This document shows, one piece after another, positions 16,116 through 23,521 of a stretch of 32,000 bases of DNA. Made by a program: the position numbers and the translations under genes. The stretch spans positions 120,001 to 152,000 of the forward strand of contig NC_005863.1 in NCBI RefSeq assembly GCF_000195755.1. The letters are read 5' to 3'. Position 1 is the stretch's first letter. Each line of letters begins with the position of its first letter. The DNA is from Nitratidesulfovibrio vulgaris str. Hildenborough. GTDB taxonomy: Bacteria; Desulfobacterota; Desulfovibrionia; Desulfovibrionales; Desulfovibrionaceae. The notes under the pieces are model-generated. The model did not search any database. It saw only the letters and a list, made by a program, of their open reading frames with translations, and was not told the DNA's origin.

Positions 16116-17839
16116 GCCCTGTCGTCCCCGCCGGAGATGGCGAAGCGCAGCAGCTTCTTGCGAAGCCCCTCGCGGGTGATGCCCAGAAGTTCGGCGGCGC
16201 GACTCTTGTTGCCGCCCGCGTGGTCGAGGGCGGCGAGGATGGTCTCGCGTTCGAGTCCGTGCAGGTTGAAGCGGTCGGCGGCATCGGCCCCGCCGGAGAT
16301 TCCGGGCTGGCCGGCACCCGCGGATACGGCGGCGACAAAAGCAGGCGACGGGCTGGCAACGGACGGCGGCTGGTACCCTGCGCCCGGGAACGCCCCGGCA
16401 TCCGGCAGGGAACCCGCGCCGGGGAGTGACCCCGCAGGGCACGGCGCACCACCGGCACCTGCGGCACCACCGGAACCCTCTGCGCCAGCCGTGAGTCCCG
16501 GCGCGTGACCGGCCGACCCGGCAGATGCCGTCTCCCGGCCTGCCGACGCTGCGGCTGTTCCGCCCCCCGCACCGCCTCCCGACCCGCCAGCCCCGACGGG
16601 CCCGGCGATACGGGGCGACAGGTCGCCCACCTCCACACGGTCGCCGATGGTGAGCGCAGCGGCACGTTCCATCTCGTTGTTCAGTTCACGCACGTTGCCG
16701 GGCCACGCATAGCGGCGGAGCAGGTCGCGCGCGCCGAACGAGATGGTCAGCCGGGGCCGTCCCATCTGGGCGCAGTGCCGTTCGAGGAAATGCTGTGCCA
16801 GCAGCAGGATGTCGTCGCCGCGTTCGCACAGGGGCGGCAGGTGCACCTCTGCCACGTTGATGCGGTAGTAGAGGTCTTCGCGGAAACGCCCTTCGCGCAC
16901 CGCCTGTGCGAGGTCTGCGTTGGTGGCTGCCACGACCTTGATGTCGACGGGTATGGCGCGGCTGCTGCCCACGCGCACCACCTCGCGCCCTTCGAGGACG
17001 CGCAGCAGCTTGGCCTGATGCGGCAGGGGCATGTCGGCGAGTTCATCGAGGAAGAGCGTGCCGCCGTCGGCCTCTTCCACGAGACCCTTGCGCGCCGAGA
17101 CGCCCGTGGCGACCCCGCGTTCGATGCCGAACATCTCGCTCTCGAACAGGGCTTCGGGGATGGCGGTGCAGTTGACGGCGATGAACGGCCCCTCGCGCCG
17201 TGGCGAACTATAGTGGATGAGCTTCGCCACCACCTCCTTGCCTGCCCCGGTGGGGCCGAGAAGGAGCGTGTTGATGGGCCGCCGTGCGATGGAAAGGGCC
17301 ATGTCGGTCACGGCGCGCATGGCGGCGCACTGCCCGATGAGACGCCGGGGCTGGAAGCTGTCTTGCAGGGTATGGGCGAGACGCTGGTTGCGTTCGGTCA
17401 GCAGGCGGCGCGCCTCTTCGAGTTCTTCGTTGCGGTCGCGCAATTCGGCGATGAGTTGCGCCTGCTGGAATTCGCGTGCCTCGACCTTGACCAGCATCAT
17501 GCCGAAGGCCTCGGCAAGGCGGGTGTAGCGTTCAGGCACGGTGCCCGCCCCCGGCTTGGGTGACGTCTGGGGTGACGACTGGGGTGACGGCTGCTGCGCC
17601 CCTTGGCCCGAAGTCTGCGCTGACGCCTGCGATGGCGTCTGTGATGACGTCTGTACTGAAGTCTGCCCCGAAGCCTTTGATGACGCCTGCCCCGGCGTCT
17701 GGCACGGCGTCTGACCCGAAATCTGAAACGACGCCTGAGGTGCGGTCAGGCCGAAGAGTCTGTCTTCACTGGCGGGGCGACCCCATGCGAGGTCGTCGCA
17801 GAGGTCGATGAGGTTGTCGAGCAAGTCGTTCTCGTCCAT
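16112..17839 (-). CDS. Sigma-54 enhancer-binding-protein-family AAA+ transcriptional regulator with no receiver or sensor domain and a variant GAFTGA loop
   Basis: Walker A is LLLGPTGAGKE, Walker B is GGTLFLDE, and the R-finger region is FREDLYYRINV, followed by WPGNVRELNN. The C-terminal Fis-type HTH is GGNKSRAAELLGITREGLRKKL. The loop reads GIERGVATGV where the family has GHEKGAFTGA. Confidence 0.92.
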   Translation of the reverse strand: MDENDLLDNLIDLCDDLAWGRPASEDRLFGLTAPQASFQISGQTPCQTPGQASSKASGQTSVQTSSQTPSQASAQTSGQGAQQPSPQSSPQTSPKPGAGTVPERYTRLAEAFGMMLVKVEAREFQQAQLIAELRDRNEELEEARRLLTERNQRLAHTLQDSFQPRRLIGQCAAMRAVTDMALSIARRPINTLLLGPTGAGKEVVAKLIHYSSPRREGPFIAVNCTAIPEALFESEMFGIERGVATGVSARKGLVEEADGGTLFLDELADMPLPHQAKLLRVLEGREVVRVGSSRAIPVDIKVVAATNADLAQAVREGRFREDLYYRINVAEVHLPPLCERGDDILLLAQHFLERHCAQMGRPRLTISFGARDLLRRYAWPGNVRELNNEMERAAALTIGDRVEVGDLSPRIAGPVGAGGSGGGAGGGTAAASAGRETASAGSAGHAPGLTAGAEGSGGAAGAGGAPCPAGSLPGAGSLPDAGAFPGAGYQPPSVASPSPAFVAAVSAGAGQPGISGGADAADRFNLHGLERETILAALDHAGGNKSRAAELLGITREGLRKKLLRFAISGGDDRA

Positions 17840-17886
17840 CGTGTCCGGTTCCTTCTCCGCCGGGGCGCATGGCCCTGCGGCACGGC

Positions 17887-18927
17887 CTACCGTTCCTGAA
17901 GCGACTGCACCCAGCGCAGCACCTCGGCCACGGGGCCGATGAGTTCCTTGGGGATATAGGCGTTCTCGGTGCCTTCGGCGAAGAGGCTACGCGCCAGCGG
18001 CACGTTCTGCATGACGGGAATGCCCTCTTCGCGGGCTATCTCCACCATGCGGCGCGCCATCAGACCCTCGCCCTTGGCGAGGATGACGGGCAGCGGCGTC
18101 CTGTCCTTCTCGTAATCCAGTGCCACGGCGAAATGGGTGGGGTTCGTCACGATGACCTTCGCCTTGCGAACGTTCGAGAGCGTGTTCTGTGCCAGCATCT
18201 CCTGATGCAACTGCTTGCGCTTGCCCTTGATATGGGGGTCGCCCTCCATCTCCTTGTACTCGCGCTTGACCTCGTCCTTGGTCATCATATGCTGCTTGTT
18301 GTACTGCCAGCGCTGGTAGAGATAGTCCAGCGCGGCGATGACGCAGAAGACCACGGCAGCCATGAGCACCATGTCGCGCGCCGCCGTGCCCAGCACCTTC
18401 AACAGCAGCCCTATGTCGCCGTCGGGGATGGAGAACAGCCCGCGCATGTGGTCGGACATCACCTTCCACACCGCCCAGCCGAGAACGCCAACCTTGATGC
18501 AGTTCTTGAGCAGTTCTACCGCGTTGCGCATGGAGAACACCTTCTTGAACCACTTGCCGGGGCTGATGTTCTCAAGCTTGGGCATGGCCCCCTTGAAGGC
18601 GAAGAGCACACCCGTCTGCGCCAGCGTGCCGAGAAACGCCGCCATCATGGCAAGGCCCACCACGGGCAGCACGATGCCCACGGCGGCATGCACCACCGCC
18701 GTGCCCAGAAGGGGCAGCGCCTCGTCGAAGGGCATCGCCATGTGGCGCATCGAAAGTTCCGTCACCTCCATCAGCGAGGCGAAGATGGATTCCCCGGCGA
18801 AGGCGAAGTACCCTGCCACCGCAAGCACCGTCACCGCCGACCCGATGTCCTGACTCTTGCAGATGTCACCCTTCTCGCGCGCCTCGCGCAGGCGTTTGGG
18901 TGTTGGCTGTTCGGTCTTGTCGCTCAT
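17887..18927 (-). CDS. sctU: T3SS export-apparatus autoprotease / substrate-specificity switch (YscU/FlhB family)
   Basis: The start at ATG 18927 (MSDKTEQPTPKRLREAREKGDICKSQD) overlaps the sctT stop as ATGA. There are four TM segments. The NPTH autocleavage site is in KVIVTNPTHFAVAL. Confidence 0.95.
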   Translation of the reverse strand: MSDKTEQPTPKRLREAREKGDICKSQDIGSAVTVLAVAGYFAFAGESIFASLMEVTELSMRHMAMPFDEALPLLGTAVVHAAVGIVLPVVGLAMMAAFLGTLAQTGVLFAFKGAMPKLENISPGKWFKKVFSMRNAVELLKNCIKVGVLGWAVWKVMSDHMRGLFSIPDGDIGLLLKVLGTAARDMVLMAAVVFCVIAALDYLYQRWQYNKQHMMTKDEVKREYKEMEGDPHIKGKRKQLHQEMLAQNTLSNVRKAKVIVTNPTHFAVALDYEKDRTPLPVILAKGEGLMARRMVEIAREEGIPVMQNVPLARSLFAEGTENAYIPKELIGPVAEVLRWVQSLQER

Positions 18928-19739
18928 GGCAGCAGCCCCTGAAGCGTGGCGAGGCCGCCCGCGAAGTCGGCATACAGCCCCGGTGCATGGGCCACCAGCG
19001 CCCCGAAGTAGAGCAGCAGAAGCAGGCTTGCCACCGCACTCTTCACGGGCATGGCCAGCACGTAGACGTTCAGCTGCGAGGCGAAGCGGTTCACCAGACC
19101 CAGCGAGAGGTCGGCCAGCAGGCACGCCACCATGATGGGCCCCGCCAGCAGCAGCATGTGGGTCATGAGCCACGCCACCTTTCCGGCGAAGTACAGGGGC
19201 AGGTCGGCCCGCCATGACAGCGGCGTCAGCGAAGGCACGGGCCATACCTCGTACGAGGTGTAGAGCAGCCCGAGAAAGGCTACGAAGGCTCCGCTGGCGT
19301 AGAAAAGGTACATCATCACCTGTAGCAGGAAGGCGCCGGTGGGCGAGGTCTGCTCACCCGACATGGGGTCGGACTCTTCAGCCATGGACGCGCCGCGCTG
19401 GTTGTCGATGAGAAAGCCCGCACTCTGCACGGCCCAGAAGGCCATGCCCGCCAGAAGGCCCATCAGCAGCCCCAGCAGCGTCTCCTTGAGCAGCAGCGCC
19501 CCGTAGTGGCCCATGAGCGAGGGGTCGAAGATGTGCCCGTGCGGCAGCTGCCCCACGATGACGGGGTGCAGCGGCAGATAGCATGCGAAGACGAGCACCA
19601 GACGCAACTGCCCGGAGACGACGTTGCCGCCCATGAAGGGGGCCACCTGCGCGATGACGAACAGACGCGGCATCCCCACCAGCAGGGCCAGCATATGGTC
19701 GTATACGGCCAGTTGGTCGAGTATCGTCTCCAGCGTCAT
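18924..19739 (-). CDS. sctT: T3SS export-gate protein (YscT/FliR family)
   Basis: 271 aa and polytopic. The sequence PRLFVIAQVAPFMGGNVVSGQLRLVLVF... sits between sctS and sctU with a 6-nt gap on one side and a 4-nt overlap on the other. Confidence 0.9.
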   Translation of the reverse strand: MTLETILDQLAVYDHMLALLVGMPRLFVIAQVAPFMGGNVVSGQLRLVLVFACYLPLHPVIVGQLPHGHIFDPSLMGHYGALLLKETLLGLLMGLLAGMAFWAVQSAGFLIDNQRGASMAEESDPMSGEQTSPTGAFLLQVMMYLFYASGAFVAFLGLLYTSYEVWPVPSLTPLSWRADLPLYFAGKVAWLMTHMLLLAGPIMVACLLADLSLGLVNRFASQLNVYVLAMPVKSAVASLLLLLYFGALVAHAPGLYADFAGGLATLQGLLP

Positions 19740-19745
19740 GGTCGC

Positions 19746-20006
19746 CTACAACAGGTAGAACTTGACGAATATCTCGTCTGCGAAGCGCAGCAGTTCACCC
19801 CCGAACCAGCCGCCCATGAGAAAGAGCGTGAGCACCACGGCGATGAGCTTCACCCCGAAGGTGAGCGTCTGTTCCTGCAACTGCGTGATGGCCTGTATGA
19901 GGCTGAGCACGATACCCACCACAGACGCCACGATGATGGGCGGCATGGAGAGCATCAGCACAAGGTACAGCGCCTTGACCGCGTATGTCATGGGCATCGA
20001 ATCCAT
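19746..20006 (-). CDS. sctS: T3SS export-gate protein (YscS/FliQ family)
   Basis: The start is ATG 20006, preceded by a GAAGGAA RBS. ALYLVLMLSMPPIIVASVVGIVLSLIQAITQLQEQTLTFGVKLIAVVLTLF closely parallels the recalled YscS sequence. The track extension to 20195 runs into the tandem repeat. Confidence 0.93.
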   Translation of the reverse strand: MDSMPMTYAVKALYLVLMLSMPPIIVASVVGIVLSLIQAITQLQEQTLTFGVKLIAVVLTLFLMGGWFGGELLRFADEIFVKFYLL

Positions 20007-20113
20007 GGGGTTCCTTCTCGTGCCCGCGCGTGCGGGATGACGGCGTGTGCCGATTCCTGACCTGACACCGGGGTGCGTGGCGGGCGGTATCGCCTGACCG
20101 AATAACAGCGTGC

Positions 20114-20225
20114 GCCGACGTCTGGCCGGATGACGGCATCTGCCGACGCTTGGCCGCATGACAGCGCCTGCCGACGCTTGACCGGATGACGGCATCTGCC
20201 GACGCCTGGCCGGATGACGGCGTCT
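20114..20225. repeat. 28-bp tandem repeat x4 in the sctV-sctS spacer
   Basis: Units are at 20114-20141, 20142-20169, 20170-20197 and 20198-20225, with consensus GCCGACGCYTGGCCGGATGACGGCATCT and 1-5 mismatches per unit. Each carries the mini-palindrome GCCGgatgaCGGC. A degenerate fifth copy lies at about 20279-20307. The unit length is not a multiple of 3. Confidence 0.9.
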
Positions 20226-20313
20226 GCTGCGCCTGCCGTGTAACTACCGCCCCGTGTCGCGGCCCCCGTCCCCTGACTGGCCGGATGGCGCCGCCGACGT
20301 CTGCCTGCCTTGC

Positions 20314-20339
20314 ATACGCCTGCGGGGTTACAGGCGTAT
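20314..20339 (-). other. Perfect 9-bp stem-loop straddling the sctV stop codon
   Basis: atacgcctg (20314-20322) pairs with caggcgtat (20331-20339). The 8-nt loop contains the TAA stop (20328-20330). There is no U-tract, so this is more likely a stabiliser, attenuator or processing element than a terminator. Confidence 0.4.
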
Positions 20340-22421
20340 CCTGTTCACGGGTTGCACCGAAATCTCTGGCGTAAGCTCCTGATACGACATGACGGCGAGG
20401 GTGTAGTGGTCGCCTTCGATGAGACGCCGCACATACCGTCTGATATCCATCGAGGTCATGATGACGGGCTTCTGCGTCTGCTGGGCATACGGCCCTGCGG
20501 CATCGGCAACCGCCTTCATGAACCGTTCGGTCACGGCGGGTTCCAGCGCGAGGAAGGCCCCTGCGGAGGTCTGCCGGACGGCCTTGCGGATGGTCTCCTC
20601 CACGCCGGGGTCGAGCAGGATGGCGGGCAGCATGTTCTGCCCGCGCGAGTGCATGTAGCTTATCTGCCGCTTGAGTGCGCTGCGGACATACTCGGTGAGC
20701 ATGACCGTGTCCTTCTCCTTGGCACTCCATTCGATGAGTGCTTCGAGGATGCTGCGCAGGTCGCGTATGGAGACCTGTTCCTGCACCAGCCGCTGGAAAA
20801 TCTCTGCGATGCGCTGCACGGGCAGCAGGCGGGTGACTTCGCGCACGAGGTCGGGTGCCCTCTCCTCCATGCGGTCGAGAAGGTACTTGGCCTCCTGCAT
20901 GCCGATGAAGGTGGAGGCGTGGCGCGAAAGCACCAGCGAAAGATGGTACGCGAGAATGCGCGCATGCGACATGTGCCCGATGCCCGCCTTCTCAAGCAGG
21001 CGGCATTGCTCGTCGGGCACCCACAGCGGTTCGACCTCGGGCAGGAAGCGTTCGCCCTCGCGCACGGCGACGCCCATCATGGCGAGGTTCTCGCGGGTGT
21101 CGCGCACGAGGCTCATGCCCTTCTCGAGCACCCCGCGCGACATGGGTATCTCGTTGAGGTTCAGCACATAGCACAGCCCCGGCAGCGCGGGGTTGGGGCG
21201 CACGTTGATGCCCGGAAAGGGCACCCCTAGGTCGAAGTACAGCGCACGGCGCAGCCGCGCCAGTTCATCGTTGAGCGAGTCGTAGTCGAGGCTCTCGCCA
21301 AGGGCCGGAGAGAGGTCGAGGATGATGGGCACGGTGGGGGCGAAGTCGTCGCCCTGCTGTGCGCCGCCCCGTGCGGGGCGCGGCTTCACCGCCGGTGCCA
21401 GCGAGCGCGAGAGTTCGGCGCGCGGGTCGGTCTCTGCGGGCAACTCCGCCATGCGGCGCAGCACGTAGCCGAAACCGCCGAGGGCCAGCGCCAGCCCCAT
21501 CAGCTGCGGCTTGGGGAAGCCGGGCACCAGCGCGAAGAGAAAGACCAGCCCCCCCGCCATGAGCAGGGCCTTGGGCTGTCCGAAAATCTGCCCGCCAATC
21601 TGCGCCCCCACGTTGCCGCCCGAATCGCCCGACCGGGTGATGAGAATGCCCGCGGAGATGGACACCAGCAGCGAGGGTATCTGCGATACAAGACCGTCAC
21701 CGATGGTGAGGATGCCGTAGGTGTGCAGCGCCTCGCCCGCCGCCATGCCGTGCTGCGTGATGCCGATGACCGTGCCGCCCACGATGTTGACCAGCGCGAC
21801 GATCATGCCCGCGATGCTGTCGCCCTTGACGAACTTCATGGCGCCGTCCATGGCGCCGTACATCTGGCTTTCCTGCGACACGGTGTTGCGCCTGCGCTGC
21901 GCCTCTTCCATGTCGATGACCCCGGCGCGCATGTCGGCGTCGATGGACATCTGCTTGCCGGGCATGGCGTCCAGCGTGAAGCGCGCCCCCACCTCGGCCA
22001 CGCGTTCCGCGCCCTTGGCGATGACGAGGAACTGCACGATGGTGAGGATGACGAAGACCACCGCGCCCACCACGAAGTTGCCGCCCAGCGCGTATTCGCC
22101 GAAGACGAAGATGATCTCGCCCGCGTCTGCCTGCAACAGGATGAGGCGGGTGGTGGTGATGTTGAGACCCACGCGGAAGAGCGTGGTGAAGAGCAGCATG
22201 GTGGGGAAGACCGAGAAGTCGAGGATGGACTTCACGTACATCGACATCATCAGCATCACGAACGAGAGCGCCATGTTGGCGCCGATGAGCGTGTCGACCA
22301 GCGGCGTGGGCAGCGGCAGGATCATCAGGGCGATGACCACCACCAGCAGCAGCACGATGGCGAGGTCGTTGTGCCGGGTGACAGCCCCCACGGCGGTATT
22401 GGCGCGGGCGAGCATGCTCAT
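20328..22421 (-). CDS. sctV: T3SS major export-gate protein (YscV/LcrD/InvA/FlhA family)
   Basis: The start at ATG 22421 (MSMLARANTAV...) overlaps the sctY stop as ATGA. Conserved blocks are FPTMLLFTTLFRVGLNITTTRLIL, GAERVAEVGARFTLDAMPGKQMSIDAD and GAMDGAMKFVKGDSIAG. Confidence 0.97.
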   Translation of the reverse strand: MSMLARANTAVGAVTRHNDLAIVLLLVVVIALMILPLPTPLVDTLIGANMALSFVMLMMSMYVKSILDFSVFPTMLLFTTLFRVGLNITTTRLILLQADAGEIIFVFGEYALGGNFVVGAVVFVILTIVQFLVIAKGAERVAEVGARFTLDAMPGKQMSIDADMRAGVIDMEEAQRRRNTVSQESQMYGAMDGAMKFVKGDSIAGMIVALVNIVGGTVIGITQHGMAAGEALHTYGILTIGDGLVSQIPSLLVSISAGILITRSGDSGGNVGAQIGGQIFGQPKALLMAGGLVFLFALVPGFPKPQLMGLALALGGFGYVLRRMAELPAETDPRAELSRSLAPAVKPRPARGGAQQGDDFAPTVPIILDLSPALGESLDYDSLNDELARLRRALYFDLGVPFPGINVRPNPALPGLCYVLNLNEIPMSRGVLEKGMSLVRDTRENLAMMGVAVREGERFLPEVEPLWVPDEQCRLLEKAGIGHMSHARILAYHLSLVLSRHASTFIGMQEAKYLLDRMEERAPDLVREVTRLLPVQRIAEIFQRLVQEQVSIRDLRSILEALIEWSAKEKDTVMLTEYVRSALKRQISYMHSRGQNMLPAILLDPGVEETIRKAVRQTSAGAFLALEPAVTERFMKAVADAAGPYAQQTQKPVIMTSMDIRRYVRRLIEGDHYTLAVMSYQELTPEISVQPVNRIRL

Positions 22422-22777
22422 GAACGGTCTCCCGTGAGATGGCGGTAGGTCTCCACCGCGCCGTGCGCCTCGTCGTGCCTGCCCTGCTGCCACAGCGCCT
22501 GTGCGCGCAGGAGGTGCAGCGCGGCGTCGGCAGAGGTGAGCACCATGCCGTCGAGGGCCTTGTGCAGGTGGTCGAGGGCGGCGGCACCGTCACCCTCCGC
22601 CATGGCGACGGCGGCGAGGTTGCGGTACACGAGGCTGACCTCGGCCCTGGGGGCGTCGTCGGGCAGCAGCGCGGCGATGGCGGCGAAGGTGCGGCGGGCG
22701 CTCTCGTGGCGGCCCATGCGCAGGTAGAGGTAGCCGAGGACGCTCAGCGTCCGGCGGCATTCGGGGGCGACGGCCAA
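22418..22777 (-). CDS. sctY: YscY-like TPR chaperone (partner of SctX)
   Basis: A TTG start at 22777 lies 6 nt after a GGGAGG RBS and just after the sctX stop. LSVLGYLYLRMGRHESARRTFAAIAALLPDD and LLRAQALWQQGRHDEAHGAVETYRHL parallel the two TPR-like segments of YscY. Its position immediately upstream of sctV matches Ysc loci. Confidence 0.7.
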   Translation of the reverse strand: MAVAPECRRTLSVLGYLYLRMGRHESARRTFAAIAALLPDDAPRAEVSLVYRNLAAVAMAEGDGAAALDHLHKALDGMVLTSADAALHLLRAQALWQQGRHDEAHGAVETYRHLTGDRS

Positions 22778-22779
22778 GG

Positions 22780-23148
22780 CTAACCTCCCACCATCAATCC
22801 GGTGTAGGCCCGGAGAAGTTCGGTGTCGTCGATGAGCGCGGCAAGGTCGTTGCGGACGAAGTCGCGCACCGCGGGCGAGCGTTCGAGGCTGAGCGCGTCG
22901 AGGCACTGGCGCAGGTTCGCGCCGAAGACGTCGGGGCGCAGCATCTCGCCGTCACCCACGGGCGGGCAGAGGGCCTGTTCGACCAGCCTGCGCGCGTTCT
23001 GCGGCGCGAAAAGCTCTTCCAGCCCCGCCTCGTGCAGCACGCTGGCGGCAAGGGGCCGGGCCTGTGGCATGGTGGCGCGGAAGGTCTCCACATCCATGAC
23101 GTTCTGGATGCCCAGCGACCCGTCGAAGAACCCGGTGACGCGGCTCAT
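22780..23148 (-). CDS. sctX: YscX-like secreted export-apparatus accessory protein
   Basis: 122 aa, the same length as YscX, and it also begins MSR. LEELFAPQN and DDTELLRAYTGLM are loosely similar to YscX segments. It sits between the sycN-like and yscY-like genes. Its ATG overlaps the sycN stop as ATGA. Confidence 0.6.
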   Translation of the reverse strand: MSRVTGFFDGSLGIQNVMDVETFRATMPQARPLAASVLHEAGLEELFAPQNARRLVEQALCPPVGDGEMLRPDVFGANLRQCLDALSLERSPAVRDFVRNDLAALIDDTELLRAYTGLMVGG

Positions 23149-23519
23149 GCGCCCTCCCCGGGTGCGGTGGCCCTGTCGAGTACACCGGCAAGCAGCACGG
23201 CGGCGTTCTCCACGTCCACGGCGGTGGCTGTGCGCCCGTCAAGCCGGGTGAGCACCACGGCCTGCCCGCCGTGCATGCCGCCCTGCAACGGCAGGGGCCA
23301 TGCGTGGCGGTAGTGCGAAAGGTCGAGCAACCTGCGGGGCAGGTGCGTCTCGTGCGCAGGCACGGCACGGGCGAGATAGACCAGCAGCGTGTCGTCGGAA
23401 GGTTCGACATACAGCCGCCCCACCCCGTCGATGTCGAAGGCCGCAAGGCCCCCGGCAGAGGGCACGAAGCCGGTCATGCCCATGCGCCTTGCGAATGCGG
23501 CGATGGTGTCCTGAAGCAT
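23145..23519 (-). CDS. sycN: SycN-like class I chaperone (gatekeeper chaperone)
   Basis: LYVEPSDDTLLVYLARAVPAHETHLPRRLLDLSHYRHAWPLPLQGG parallels recalled SycN (LYLERHHEQLNLWLARSVPWH...WPLPLRCG). It starts 2 nt after the sctW stop, with a GGAGGGG RBS. Confidence 0.75.
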   Translation of the reverse strand: MLQDTIAAFARRMGMTGFVPSAGGLAAFDIDGVGRLYVEPSDDTLLVYLARAVPAHETHLPRRLLDLSHYRHAWPLPLQGGMHGGQAVVLTRLDGRTATAVDVENAAVLLAGVLDRATAPGEGA

Positions 23520-23521
23520 CC

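Noticed and set aside
20114-20225. The 28-bp repeats as a CRISPR array
   Set aside because: The units are directly contiguous with no spacers, there are only four copies, no cas genes are present, and the array is embedded between two T3SS genes.
17887-22493. N-terminally extended track versions of sctU (to 19245), sctS (to 20195) and sctV (to 22493), and likewise chrB (to 8448) and sctW (to 24676)
   Set aside because: The extensions overlap upstream genes or repeats and are Arg/Pro-rich. They precede internal starts that have RBSs or ATGA coupling and match the canonical family N-termini.
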